DNA from: Chitinophaga pinensis
GTDB taxonomy: Bacteria; Bacteroidota; Bacteroidia; M30B66
Direction: 5' to 3'
DNA length: 64,000 nucleotides
Assembly: GCA_945883545.1 (NCBI GenBank)
Contig: CAMCXT010000008.1
Span: 7,396 to 71,395 of the forward strand
A program made the translations under genes and the position numbers. Below the pieces are notes generated by a model that was given only the letters and a program-made list of their open reading frames with translations, did no database searches and had not been told where the DNA came from. How positions within the stretch are numbered: the stretch's first letter is position 1; the number at the start of each line of letters is the position of its first letter. This document shows, piece after piece, positions 27,669 to 38,476 of this stretch.

Positions 27669-29675
27669 ATGAAACTCAGACTCATCTCAGATTTTGTTCC
27701 GACTGGAGATCAACCTCAAGCCATAAAACAATTGGTGGAAGGATTAAATCGTGGAGATAAAGCCCAAGTACTTTTAGGCGTTACAGGATCTGGTAAAACA
27801 TTCACGATTGCCAATGTTATCAAAGAAACTGAGCGACCAACGCTTATTTTAAGTCACAACAAAACGCTTGCCGCTCAACTATATCAGGAATTTAAAACTT
27901 TCTTTCCCGATAATTCTGTAGAATACTTCGTTTCCTATTACGATTATTATCAGCCTGAAGCATATTTACCCGTGACTGGAACCTATATTGAAAAGGATCT
28001 TTCAATCAACGAGGAGATCGAAAAACTCCGACTAAGCACTGCTTCAGCTCTTCTATCCGGCCGTAGAGATGTTATTGTGATTTCATCGGTTAGTTGCATT
28101 TACGGTATGGGAAATCCGGACAATATCCGAAGCAACACCATCCGATTGAAAAAGGGCGATATCATCTCAAGAAATCGTTTTTTGCATCTACTCGTTTCGG
28201 CACTATACTCAAGAACTGAAAATGAGTTTAAAAATGGAACATTCCGCGTAAAGGGCGATACTGTAGACGTTTGTATCGGCAGTGCAGATATCGCTTATCG
28301 AGTATATTTCTTTGGAGATGAAGTTGAATTGATCGAAAATATTGATCCTGTTTCTGGCGCCTCTTGGGAAGAACTGGATCAAATCGTTATTTATCCTTCC
28401 ACCATTTATGTTGCAAAAAAGGAAGGCATGATTGATATCATCCATGAAATTCAGGATGATATGATGAAGCAGGTCGAATTTTTCAGATCTGAATCGAAAT
28501 TCCTTGAAGCAAAACGCCTTGAAGATCGGGTGAATTACGACATGGAGATGATGCGTGAATTAGGCTACTGCAGTGGAATTGAAAATTACTCAAGATACTT
28601 CGATGGTCGGGCGGCTGGAACTAGACCTTTCTGTTTGATTGATTACTTTCCAGATGATTTTCTCTTAGTTATAGATGAAAGTCACGTAACTGTTTCTCAA
28701 ATTAGAGCAATGTTTGCAGGTGACTTATCACGCAAAATTAATTTGGTGGAGTATGGCTTCCGTTTGCCTGCAGCGATGGACAACCGCCCGTTAAAATTTG
28801 AGGAGTTTCTAATGCTCCAAAATCAAGTGATTTATGTAAGTGCAACTCCTGCAGATTACGAATTAAATGAAAGTGATGGGGTTGTGGTGGAACAATTAAT
28901 TCGTCCAACTGGATTATTAGATCCTATCATTGAAGTTCGTCCAAGTCAAAACCAAATCGACGATTTATTGGAAGCCGTGGATGAGGTAATCAAAAGAGAT
29001 GAAAGAATTTTGGTTACTACACTAACCAAACGAATGGCCGAAGAACTTGCAAAGTACATGACAAGACTCAACATTAGATGCCGGTATATTCACTCGGATG
29101 TAGATACAATGGAACGAGTAGAAATTTTAGGTGACCTAAGGTTAGGAAAATTTGATGTTTTGATTGGAGTGAATCTTTTAAGAGAAGGCCTCGATTTACC
29201 AGAAGTTTCATTGGTAGCAATCCTAGATGCTGATAAAGAAGGCTTTTTAAGGTCGCAAAGATCTCTTGTTCAAACTGTAGGTCGTGCTGCGCGAAATGTA
29301 AATGGTCGCGTGATCATGTATGCCGATAAAATGACGGATTCAATGTCACGAACGATCGAAGAAACAAACCGAAGAAGAGAAACACAAATTCGGTATAATA
29401 TTGATAACGATATCATTCCGACGCAAATTAAAAAATCGCACGACAGTATATTTGCAAAATCTTCTGGTGGAAAAGGCAAAGCATACATTGAAAATGAAAG
29501 TATTTCGATAGCTGCAGATCCAGTTGTACAATACATGACGAAAGAACAACTTCAAAAAGCCATTGCACAAACAAGAAAATCAATGGAAAAAGCAGCAAAA
29601 GAACTCGACTTTATGGAGGCTGCTCGCCTGAGAGATGAATTGTTTGATTTAGAAAAAAGACTGAAGGATAAATAG
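27669..29675 (+). CDS. uvrB: Excinuclease ABC subunit B
   Basis: GDQPQAI...GVTGSGKTFT..., DESH, C-terminal UVR motif FMEAARLRDEL. ATG 27669 (MKLRLISDF) preferred. Confidence 0.95.
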   Translation: MKLRLISDFVPTGDQPQAIKQLVEGLNRGDKAQVLLGVTGSGKTFTIANVIKETERPTLILSHNKTLAAQLYQEFKTFFPDNSVEYFVSYYDYYQPEAYLPVTGTYIEKDLSINEEIEKLRLSTASALLSGRRDVIVISSVSCIYGMGNPDNIRSNTIRLKKGDIISRNRFLHLLVSALYSRTENEFKNGTFRVKGDTVDVCIGSADIAYRVYFFGDEVELIENIDPVSGASWEELDQIVIYPSTIYVAKKEGMIDIIHEIQDDMMKQVEFFRSESKFLEAKRLEDRVNYDMEMMRELGYCSGIENYSRYFDGRAAGTRPFCLIDYFPDDFLLVIDESHVTVSQIRAMFAGDLSRKINLVEYGFRLPAAMDNRPLKFEEFLMLQNQVIYVSATPADYELNESDGVVVEQLIRPTGLLDPIIEVRPSQNQIDDLLEAVDEVIKRDERILVTTLTKRMAEELAKYMTRLNIRCRYIHSDVDTMERVEILGDLRLGKFDVLIGVNLLREGLDLPEVSLVAILDADKEGFLRSQRSLVQTVGRAARNVNGRVIMYADKMTDSMSRTIEETNRRRETQIRYNIDNDIIPTQIKKSHDSIFAKSSGGKGKAYIENESISIAADPVVQYMTKEQLQKAIAQTRKSMEKAAKELDFMEAARLRDELFDLEKRLKDK

Positions 29676-29851
29676 TGTTCTATTTTAGAATGATCTTGTA
29701 TAGGCTTTAAATACTCAAGTTATTGCTACATTTTCAATACAGAATTTAAATAATTATTCAGTTTTATTTGAAGCTAAAAGTTTTAAATTGAAATCAATTT
29801 TGATATTCATAATTAATTATTTTTACAAAGATCATTTTCAATTTAGACGAA

Positions 29852-31084
29852 ATGAATAAATTACTTTTATCAATATCTCTAATTTTCATTTTTCTAAATG
29901 GATTTAGTCAATCATGTTGTGGAGATTTAACTTCACCCTTTTATACAAACATCATTCGATACGATTCGGTTTATGCAGCTGCACAACCAACATTTGCATC
30001 TAATAACATTAATTTATCAGTTAGAATAACCGATGCTTCACAAAATACCTGTACCAAAAGACCGCTAATTATTTTACTTCATGGTGGAGGCTTTTCTTCG
30101 GGCACTCCAGCACTGATGGATTCTGTAGCAACTCAATTTGCACGAAGGGGTTATCTCACTGCATCAATACAATACAGGCTAGGATTTAAAGGCTCCACCT
30201 TGACCTGCCCGATGGACACAACCGAACTGATTCGTGCTTGGTATCGTGCAACCCAAGATGCGAAATCGGCAGTTAGATGGTTCAAACAAAGAAATGAAGC
30301 CTTCAGAATCGACACTAACTTAATTTTCGCAGGAGGCTGGAGTGCAGGAGGTTACACACTCAGTGGACTCGCGTGGATGAATGATGAATCAGAAAAGCCA
30401 TTTCAAGCCAATGCATTAAATGACACGCTTATTAACAATATGATTTATAATAGACCAGATCTCGGAAGTGTTCAAGGAATTTCAAATCTGAATGGGTATT
30501 CAACAACTGTGAAAGGAATATTCTCTTTCTCTTCATCATTCATGTTTCCAAATCATTTAGATGCGGATGAACAAACTGCCATTTTGTACTTCAACAATAA
30601 ACTTGATCAATACGAAATCCCTTGGGAAGATTGCGCACAGCCTGCTTGGAATTATTTATGTCCGAATGGCATCCCAAAATCCTGTGGAATTGAATCATTA
30701 ACAGAAGCATTAACGGCTTACAACATACCATTCCAATACACTTTGTTCGAAACTACAATTTGCAGCCATAATTTACATGAACCATGTTTTCCAATGTTTC
30801 AGCAAGAAATAAACGAAATATCTGCATTCCTAAATGAATTATCAGATTGCCCAATTACAATTGATATTGCCAATGTGAAAAATCAAAACTTTAGGAAAAT
30901 CATCTCATTAAACGAACAAGAATTATTGTATTTTATTCAACAGCACCAAGACTGGACACTTACATCTTCGTCTGGAATCCAAATCAAACTCGGCAAGAAT
31001 TCTCAACCTCACTTAGCTAAGGGAATATATGTTTGCTCTAGTAATGATCCAACCATTCAAAAGATGCGATTGAACGTATATTGA
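29852..31084 (+). CDS. Secreted alpha/beta-hydrolase (esterase/lipase type), possible T9SS C-terminal domain
   Basis: Signal peptide. HGGGF oxyanion motif and GGWSAGG nucleophile elbow. C-terminal ~70 aa resemble a sorting domain. Confidence 0.68.
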   Translation: MNKLLLSISLIFIFLNGFSQSCCGDLTSPFYTNIIRYDSVYAAAQPTFASNNINLSVRITDASQNTCTKRPLIILLHGGGFSSGTPALMDSVATQFARRGYLTASIQYRLGFKGSTLTCPMDTTELIRAWYRATQDAKSAVRWFKQRNEAFRIDTNLIFAGGWSAGGYTLSGLAWMNDESEKPFQANALNDTLINNMIYNRPDLGSVQGISNLNGYSTTVKGIFSFSSSFMFPNHLDADEQTAILYFNNKLDQYEIPWEDCAQPAWNYLCPNGIPKSCGIESLTEALTAYNIPFQYTLFETTICSHNLHEPCFPMFQQEINEISAFLNELSDCPITIDIANVKNQNFRKIISLNEQELLYFIQQHQDWTLTSSSGIQIKLGKNSQPHLAKGIYVCSSNDPTIQKMRLNVY

Positions 31085-31217
31085 GATAGTAAGAAGGATA
31101 ACAAGCATCCATACCTGCCAATAAAAAAAGTCACACAATACTGTAAAGCAGGCTTTTACAGATTCTTGTTTCACTATAGTTCATTGGTCTCTTTTTTACT
31201 AATTTCGCACCAACGTT

Positions 31218-31291
31218 GGCTCCATAGTTCAACTGGATAGAATGGCAGATTCCGGTTCTGTTGGTTGGGGGTTCGAATCCCTCTGGGGTCA
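31218..31291 (+). tRNA. tRNA-Arg (anticodon CCG)
   Basis: Hand-folded 74-nt cloverleaf: acceptor GGCTCCA/TGGGGTC, D arm GTTC-AACTGGATA-GAAT, anticodon loop TTCCGGT, T arm GGGGG-TTCGAAT-CCCTC. Confidence 0.85.
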
Positions 31292-31319
31292 CACAATAAT
31301 TAAATTATTACCTTTTAAT

Positions 31320-31362
31320 TTCGACTCAAGAAGTAGCAGTATTTACTTCTTGAGTCGAATTT
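31320..31362 (+). terminator. Strong hairpin (16-bp stem) downstream of tRNA-Arg, terminator candidate
   Basis: TTCGACTCAAGAAGTA-N8-TACTTCTTGAGTCGAA followed by TTT only, so the U tract is weak. Confidence 0.5.
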
Positions 31363-31477
31363 GCAAATAGGTTTATTAGCCATAATACAGCTCAAATCCA
31401 ATTATAGCATTAAACTGATATCAGCATATTTCTAACCTTAACTTGAACTTTAAAAACGAATCTTCATAAACCAAACC

Positions 31478-31954
31478 ATGAAGAGCATTCTTACAATATT
31501 GCTGATTTCTAAGTGCTTATCTGGCATCAGTCAGAAACAAATTGACTTTAAAAAGTACTTCGAAACATCTGATTTACTAGTTATTGCTAAAGTAACACAG
31601 GCACTACCAGATATCCTACAAGATGATGTAGGAACTTCTTATGGCAGTGTATCTATAGAATGTATTAATACAATAGATTTAAAATCAAATTCTATTGAAA
31701 ATTGCCCAAGCGATACTTATTATTCATTGATTTACCTTTCAACAAATGGCAACAGAAGAAATATACATTTAGAGGCGCAATTGCTTTTCTTAGCTTTTCT
31801 GAAAGCCGAGAAAACTGTCGACAATGAGGCTATTACTATTTTTAGCCTAACAGATGAAAATTCGATATTTGAATTAACACCAGCATTAGTTCAACAATTG
31901 ATCGCAAAATATCCTTCATTTAACCAATTAAACTTGTATGAATTTATTCGCTAA
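31478..31954 (+). CDS. Hypothetical secreted protein
   Basis: 158-aa ORF with an N-terminal signal-like segment. No recognised domain. Confidence 0.5.
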   Translation: MKSILTILLISKCLSGISQKQIDFKKYFETSDLLVIAKVTQALPDILQDDVGTSYGSVSIECINTIDLKSNSIENCPSDTYYSLIYLSTNGNRRNIHLEAQLLFLAFLKAEKTVDNEAITIFSLTDENSIFELTPALVQQLIAKYPSFNQLNLYEFIR

Positions 31955-32690
31955 AGTGTTTTTGGGCTTGTGCTTATTTCTGTTTACTTGGCAATTGCCT
32001 GTTTCAGCTCAATTAAAATGCAAAGAGGAAACGTCAAAAGAGAATAAATTAAACAAATGCTTCCATCAAAACGGTGAAGTATCAAGTCTCATCAGCTGGG
32101 ACAAAGAAAATAAGTGGGGAAGGTTGTTAATCTACAGATCCAATGGAACACCTATAAATGAATGGGAACTCCGAAAAATTCATGGAATTGCAAGAGCAGA
32201 GGTTGAATACCATCCGAACGGACAAGTGAGCAAAGTAAATTATTCATCTGCTCCAGATGGTGGCATTCAACGATTTGAAAGTACATACTATTATAGTTTA
32301 GAAGGGCATTTAATCAAAACAGAAAAGAACGATTACCCTCCTAAACTCAATGATTTTCTTCTCACCGAAGAGGAGCCACTTCAACCTAACACTGTGCAAT
32401 GTGCAGAAATTTGGATCAGTAAAATTCAATTAACCAACAACTTAAAAAGAACTCAAAAGTTAGTAATAACGCCTTTATTGCCGAATTCTCTAACAAAACC
32501 TAGAACAATTGCACTAAAGCCCAAACAAACACTAACATTAGATTCTTGTATCCAAGCGCAGTTCTTTCAAGACCCAATCAATCAAATTAACATCTCATTT
32601 CAAAAATCAAATAAGAAGCCCAATTTGAAATTCAAAGAAGCCAAACAACCATCGAAAACTGAAAAGATATTTATTTACGAGTTAAATTAA
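31938..32690 (+). CDS. Hypothetical secreted protein (weak MORN/YwqK-like repeats)
   Basis: Signal peptide, then HQNGEVSS...YRSNGTPINEW...YHPNGQVSKV repeat-like segments. Overlaps the previous gene by 17 nt. Confidence 0.5.
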   Translation: MNLFAKVFLGLCLFLFTWQLPVSAQLKCKEETSKENKLNKCFHQNGEVSSLISWDKENKWGRLLIYRSNGTPINEWELRKIHGIARAEVEYHPNGQVSKVNYSSAPDGGIQRFESTYYYSLEGHLIKTEKNDYPPKLNDFLLTEEEPLQPNTVQCAEIWISKIQLTNNLKRTQKLVITPLLPNSLTKPRTIALKPKQTLTLDSCIQAQFFQDPINQINISFQKSNKKPNLKFKEAKQPSKTEKIFIYELN

Positions 32691-32700
32691 CGCAGGCAGC

Positions 32701-33411
32701 TCAAGCCTTCATTTGCCAGGCCGCTTGAACTTGCGCACATACAACAACAGCTGCGGTTTCAGCTCTAAGACGACTCTCACCTAAGGAAATTCCTTGAAAG
32801 CCATTGTGGATACACTTCTCGATTTCTTCCATTGTAAAATCACCTTCAGGCCCTATAAGTACCAATAAATCTGTTGCAACTGAGGAAACATTGGTTAAAT
32901 AGCGCTTATCCAATTTCTCACAATGAGCAATAAATCTATTTTCAGGAAGCTGCTGTTTTAAAAAGGCTGAAAATCCAATTGCTTCGTTTAATTTAGGCAT
33001 CCAAGGGGTGATGGATTGCTTCATTGCAGCTAAAACGATTTTCTCCATTCTCGCCATTTTAACCTGATCACGCTCTGTTCGTTTCGTTAAAATTGGAGTA
33101 ATTTCATCAATTCCTATTTCAACAGCTTTTTCTAAAAACCATTCGAAACGTTCCATCATTTTGGTAGGAGCCATAGCAACATGAAGCTTATATGGTCTTT
33201 TCGATAAAACAGGTAGGGCAATTAAATCAGTTATTGAAGTATGTTTAGGATGAACTTGTAAAATAACTCCTTGAAAATAGCCTCCAATTCCATCTATTAA
33301 TTGAACAGAATCGCCAGATTTCAATCGAAGTACCTTACTCAAATGTAAACTCTCCTCCTCACCTAGTAAAGCCGAATTTCCAGAAATCGATGTAGTATAG
33401 AATATATGCAT
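32701..33411 (-). CDS. rsmE: 16S rRNA (uracil1498-N3)-methyltransferase
   Basis: MHIFY...HL.KVLRLK.GD.V...DG... N-terminus and C-terminal ...IGPEGDF...E....G......LG..RLRAETA motif. Confidence 0.85.
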   Translation of the reverse strand: MHIFYTTSISGNSALLGEEESLHLSKVLRLKSGDSVQLIDGIGGYFQGVILQVHPKHTSITDLIALPVLSKRPYKLHVAMAPTKMMERFEWFLEKAVEIGIDEITPILTKRTERDQVKMARMEKIVLAAMKQSITPWMPKLNEAIGFSAFLKQQLPENRFIAHCEKLDKRYLTNVSSVATDLLVLIGPEGDFTMEEIEKCIHNGFQGISLGESRLRAETAAVVVCAQVQAAWQMKA

Positions 33412-36400
33412 TATTCAGGCAATACAATTTCAGGTTGAATGGAATTTTTCATCAAAATCAATGATTGAACAACCATATCAATGTTACGCATTTGATCCAT
33501 AACCAAAGTTAATTTGTTGTTTTTCTCCTTCATGCGTGCTCTTGCAGGATACTTTGCCAAATACTGCATCAATCTTGAGAAACTCTCACTTTGGTAATAA
33601 GCACTTTTTTGATTTTGTACAAAATAGGCTACAAATATTTGCTGCTTTAATACAACTTTTTCAAACCCTAAATCCTTTGCTAACCAACGCAATCGAATTG
33701 TATTCATCAATTCGGCTGTTGGCCTTGGAATCGCGCCAAATCGATCTACCAAATTCTTTCCAAATTGCAACAATTCATCTTCTGTTTCTAGGTTATCAAG
33801 ATCCTTATAAAGTAGCAATCGCTCCGTAATACTTGTTACATACTGATCAGGGATCAATATTTCTAAGTCAGTGTCAATCTGGCAATCACTAACCCATACC
33901 TTGTGTTTTTCTTCAAGTTCTTCTTGAAACAAATCTTTAAAATCCGACTCTTTAAGTTCTTGAATCGCCTCATCCAAAATCTTATGGTACATATCGAAAC
34001 CAATCTCGGCAATAAAACCAGATTGTTCAGCACCTAACAAATCGCCAGCACCACGAATATCAAGATCGCGCATCGCAATGTTAAATCCACTTCCCAATTC
34101 CGCAAAATCTTCAATTGCTTTCAAGCGCTTTCTTGCATCAGCAGTGAGCAACGATACTGGTGTTGTAAGCAAATAACAGAATGCTTTTTTATTGCTCCGC
34201 CCTACCCTACCGCGCATTTGATGCAAATCACTCAATCCGAATAAATGTGCGTTATTAATGAGTATCGTATTGGCATTTGAAATATCTAAACCAGATTCAA
34301 TAATTGTGGTTGCCACCAACACATCGGCTCGACCTTCAATGAAATTCATCATCACGTCTTCCAAGGCTTCTGGATCCATTTGACCGTGCCCCGTAAGTAC
34401 TTTCACACCCGGACAAAGTCGAACAATCATTTCAGCTACTTCCTTGATATTCTGCACCCTGTTGTGAACAAAGAAGACCTGTCCACCGCGTTGAATTTCG
34501 AAATTAATTGCTTCGCGAATTATTTCTTCATTGAAAGTATGCAATTCAGTTTGAACTGGATATCTATTCGGAGGCGGTGTATTAATTACACTCAAATCAC
34601 GCGCTCCCATCATGCTAAAATGCAAGGTACGTGGAATCGGCGTTGCAGTAAGTGTTAAGGTATCTACATTAATTTTGATGTGCTTTAATTTCTCTTTTGC
34701 AGCCACACCAAATTTCTGCTCCTCATCGATAATCATCAGTCCTAAGTCTTTAAACTTAACATCTTTACTTAACAATCGATGGGTACCAATTAAAATATCA
34801 ATTTCTCCCTTTTCTAATTTTTCAAGGGTTAATTTCTGCTCTTTGGCCGTTTTAAAACGATTTACATAATCAACCTTACAAGGAAATTGCTCTAAACGTT
34901 CCGAAAACGTTCTCCAATGCTGTAACGCCAAAATAGTCGTGGGCACCAAAACCGCAACTTGTTTGCTATCGGTTACTGCTTTAAATGCAGCACGAACAGC
35001 CACTTCCGTTTTACCAAAACCTACATCGCCACATACCAAACGATCCATCGGACTGTCTTTTTCCATGTCGCGTTTTATGTCGCGGGTCGATTTAATTTGA
35101 TCGGGAGTATCTTCATAAATAAATGAAGCCTCAAGTTCATTTTGAAGATATGTATCCTTACTGAATGCAAAGCCTTTCTTAGTTTTTCGCTCAGCATACA
35201 ATTTAATTAAATCGCGGGCAATATCTTTAACTCTGCTTTTTGTTTTTTGCTTTAATGATGCCCAAGCATTACTGCCCAACTTATTCATTTTCGGCGCCGT
35301 ACCTTCTTTTCCAGTGAATTTAGAAATACGATGCAAAGAATGAATGCTTACATACAAAATATCGTTGTCGCGATAAACCAAGCGAATGGCCTCTTGTTGC
35401 TTTCCATTTACATCAATTTTCTCTAACCCAGCATATTTACCAACTCCATGATCGACGTGGGTAACATAATCGCCAGGCTGAAGCCCTTTTAATTCCTTGA
35501 GTGTAATGGATTCTTTGTTACTAAAACCATCTTTCAATTTGTATCTGTGATACCGATCAAACAATTGATGGTCGGTAAAACAAGCAATTTTCAAACTGTG
35601 ATCTATAAAACCCTCATGCAATGCCATATTAATTGGCGTGAAACGTATATCCTTACCGATATCCTCGAATATCGCGTAAATACGTTCAATCTGGCGAGCA
35701 TTGTCTGAAAAAATTAAATTCGTAATCCCTTCTGTGGTCTGCTTTGTAAGCGTTTGTGTAATTAAATTGAAATTCTTGTGGAACGCTGGTTGTGGTGTGG
35801 AATGAACTTGAATTACTTGTCTATCTGCAAATACAGGTCGACTTCCACATTCTATTACATTAAAATTGATAATTCCAGCGAGAATTTCCTTTGCATCACA
35901 AAACAATTCTTCAGGCGACAATTGAATGGATGATGCGCCATGAGCTGCATAATGTTCTTGCGCTTTAATATAATCTGAAGCAATTCGCTCAAATATTAAT
36001 TCCGACTCACGCATCCAAATGGAAGTTCCAGTTGGAATAAATTGCAAGAAATTCTCTCGACTTTCTTTTAATATTTTTCCTTGAACATCGGGAACAATAT
36101 TTACAAAATCAAGCGATTTTACAGACAACTGATCAACCGGATTAAACGAACGAATGGAGTCTATTTCATCTCCGAAAAACTCAATCCGATATGGCTGTTC
36201 ATCAGAATAAGAATATACATCGAGAATTCCTCCTCGAATTGCAAACTGACCTGGTTCTGTAACAAAATCAACTCGTTCAAAGTCATATTCCTGCAGAAAA
36301 TCATTTACAAAATCAATCGACAATTTCTCGCTTCGCTGAATTTTAAATGTATTTTTCTTTAAGGTACCGTGTGTAACTACCTTTTCCAATAAGGCTTCTG

Positions 36401-36770
36401 GATAGGTTACAATGATGAACTTTTTTTGTTGAACGGTATTAATTTTATTTAATACTTCAGCCCGAAGCAATTTCGCATTCGCGTCGGCTGAGTCTGGATC
36501 ATATACTTTCTTGGATGCTGCTGGAAAAAATATGGCCGAATTTTCAGGCAATAAGCTTTCTAAATCATTTAAGAAATAAGCCGCCAATTCCCGGTCAGGC
36601 AAAATAGCTAAAATGAAATTTTGATTCTCTTGAAACCAAGCGGCAGCCAGCAAACTCTCTACTGATCCCGACATACCAATTAGATTCACCCGATAACCGC
36701 TAGGTAAATCTTGTAAATCCTTCAGTGCCGGATGCTGCTGAAAACGTTGTATTAGCTCTTCTTTTGTCAA
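33411..36770 (-). CDS. mfd: Transcription-repair coupling factor
   Basis: 1119 aa. YVTHVDHGVGKY CarD-like segment, helicase motifs GDVGFGKTEVA, DEEQKFG, TATPIPRT, and C-terminal TRG/D7 region. Confidence 0.95.
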   Translation of the reverse strand: MTKEELIQRFQQHPALKDLQDLPSGYRVNLIGMSGSVESLLAAAWFQENQNFILAILPDRELAAYFLNDLESLLPENSAIFFPAASKKVYDPDSADANAKLLRAEVLNKINTVQQKKFIIVTYPEALLEKVVTHGTLKKNTFKIQRSEKLSIDFVNDFLQEYDFERVDFVTEPGQFAIRGGILDVYSYSDEQPYRIEFFGDEIDSIRSFNPVDQLSVKSLDFVNIVPDVQGKILKESRENFLQFIPTGTSIWMRESELIFERIASDYIKAQEHYAAHGASSIQLSPEELFCDAKEILAGIINFNVIECGSRPVFADRQVIQVHSTPQPAFHKNFNLITQTLTKQTTEGITNLIFSDNARQIERIYAIFEDIGKDIRFTPINMALHEGFIDHSLKIACFTDHQLFDRYHRYKLKDGFSNKESITLKELKGLQPGDYVTHVDHGVGKYAGLEKIDVNGKQQEAIRLVYRDNDILYVSIHSLHRISKFTGKEGTAPKMNKLGSNAWASLKQKTKSRVKDIARDLIKLYAERKTKKGFAFSKDTYLQNELEASFIYEDTPDQIKSTRDIKRDMEKDSPMDRLVCGDVGFGKTEVAVRAAFKAVTDSKQVAVLVPTTILALQHWRTFSERLEQFPCKVDYVNRFKTAKEQKLTLEKLEKGEIDILIGTHRLLSKDVKFKDLGLMIIDEEQKFGVAAKEKLKHIKINVDTLTLTATPIPRTLHFSMMGARDLSVINTPPPNRYPVQTELHTFNEEIIREAINFEIQRGGQVFFVHNRVQNIKEVAEMIVRLCPGVKVLTGHGQMDPEALEDVMMNFIEGRADVLVATTIIESGLDISNANTILINNAHLFGLSDLHQMRGRVGRSNKKAFCYLLTTPVSLLTADARKRLKAIEDFAELGSGFNIAMRDLDIRGAGDLLGAEQSGFIAEIGFDMYHKILDEAIQELKESDFKDLFQEELEEKHKVWVSDCQIDTDLEILIPDQYVTSITERLLLYKDLDNLETEDELLQFGKNLVDRFGAIPRPTAELMNTIRLRWLAKDLGFEKVVLKQQIFVAYFVQNQKSAYYQSESFSRLMQYLAKYPARARMKEKNNKLTLVMDQMRNIDMVVQSLILMKNSIQPEIVLPE

Positions 36771-36835
36771 ACCGGTAGAAATAACAAAGCCTGAATAGAA
36801 ATGTTCTGTTCAGGCTTTAAGAATTATTTTACAAA

Positions 36836-37891
36836 TTAAGATTCTTTTGAGGTAACGTAGGTAGGCTGCAAATTAGCGTCGCTGTATTGCTTCATATAAT
36901 CCATCGATTCATCAACCATAGCAGAAGAACCAATAAATAGAGAACAACGCTGGTGAATATCGGTTGGCTGAATTTCCAAAATATCTCTAAATCCGTCTGT
37001 AGCCTTACCACCTGCTTGTTCAACGATCATCGCCATTGGGTTGCATTCATACATCAAACGCAATTTACCTTTTGGAGACGACAATGTAGTTGGATAAATA
37101 TAAATTCCACCTTTAATTAAATTCCTGTGGAAATCGCTAACCAAAGAACCAATATACCTTAAGGTATAAGGCTTTTTGTTGGCCTTATCATCAATTTGCA
37201 AATTCTTTATATAACGTTTTACTCCTTCAGGAAAATGAACGAAATTACCTTGATTTACAGAATAAATATTTCCTCCTTTTGGAATTCTCATGTCAGGATG
37301 TGACAAACAAAATTCCCCGATTGAAGGGTCCAACGTAAATCCATTTACCCCGTTTCCAGTGGTATAAACGAGCATTGTCGACGAACCATAAACAATATAA
37401 CCGGCTGCAACTTGGTCGGAACCATATTGTAAAAAATCATCAACTGTTGCAGGTCCATTTTTTGTTTTCCTACGGTAAATTGAAAATATTGTACCTACAG
37501 ATACATTCACATCGATATTTGAAGATCCATCCAATGGATCCATCGCAACAATATATCGCCCAGAAGAGGCATTCCCATCAAAAAGAATAATTTCATCATT
37601 CTCTTCAGATGCAACTCCAGCACATTCTCCACCTGAAGCCAATGCAGCTAAAAACTGTTCATTGGCAAAAACATCAAGCTTTTTCTGCGATTCTCCTTGA
37701 ATATTTTCCGACCCCGCTTCTCCTAGAATATTAACCAATCCAGCTTTATTTACTTCACGGTTTACTATTTTTGCGGCGATACTAATATCACTCAATAAAC
37801 TCGACAATTCGCCCTTGGCATAAGGAAAATCTGCTTGTTTATCAATGATGAACTCACCGAGAGTTACCAAATTGCGGTGCGGTCGAATCAT
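36836..37891 (-). CDS. fbp: Fructose-1,6-bisphosphatase class 1
   Basis: ...[24 protein letters not shown]..., ...YSVNQGN..., ...[21 protein letters not shown] motifs. Confidence 0.92.
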   Translation of the reverse strand: MIRPHRNLVTLGEFIIDKQADFPYAKGELSSLLSDISIAAKIVNREVNKAGLVNILGEAGSENIQGESQKKLDVFANEQFLAALASGGECAGVASEENDEIILFDGNASSGRYIVAMDPLDGSSNIDVNVSVGTIFSIYRRKTKNGPATVDDFLQYGSDQVAAGYIVYGSSTMLVYTTGNGVNGFTLDPSIGEFCLSHPDMRIPKGGNIYSVNQGNFVHFPEGVKRYIKNLQIDDKANKKPYTLRYIGSLVSDFHRNLIKGGIYIYPTTLSSPKGKLRLMYECNPMAMIVEQAGGKATDGFRDILEIQPTDIHQRCSLFIGSSAMVDESMDYMKQYSDANLQPTYVTSKES

Positions 37892-38476
37892 ACAATTAGT
37901 TAATTTTAGGTTAACAAATATAATAAGAATTGTTTGTTGAGTGGCATTTGAATCAAAGACAATTTCACAAGTTATAACACACTAATAATCAAATCAGAAA
38001 GCCATTTATTCGAGCAGTTATATTGTTTCGGGCGCGCCCCAAAGGGTCACGTGCTTGGCTGTAGTTTGCCACTTTTAACATATGCATAAGTGCAATTTAT
38101 GTTAACATGGCAAAGCTACTTGCCTCGCCCGTTCGCGCAGCATTCTACTCCTATCGGCATCATGTTAAAACTAATCCGATCAATTCGATTAAGGCATCTG
38201 TAAAAACATTCCTGCTATAATGAAACTTTAGTTGTCTACCTAGAACAATCAGCCTAAATAAATCTATTCATTGTTCAAATATAGATTTAACTTCAAATCT
38301 AATGCGTTTATAATCCAGATAATTGAATTAACAACACGACATTGTGCACAAAACTGATCTCTATCGACATAAAATTGAATATACGATAATGCAATCCGAT
38401 TCGTTTGAGAAATTCTGAATGTAAACATTTCAATATCAGTGTTAATTATCCTATTTTTGGATAAATTATTTCAAGC

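Noticed and set aside
31218-32690. tRNA-Arg (and tRNA-Met at 53277) as integration sites of a genomic island or prophage
   Set aside because: There is no integrase, excisionase, transposase or phage gene, and I could find no direct repeat of either tRNA 3' end downstream. The AT-rich hypothetical genes after both tRNAs are noted as accessory-looking only.
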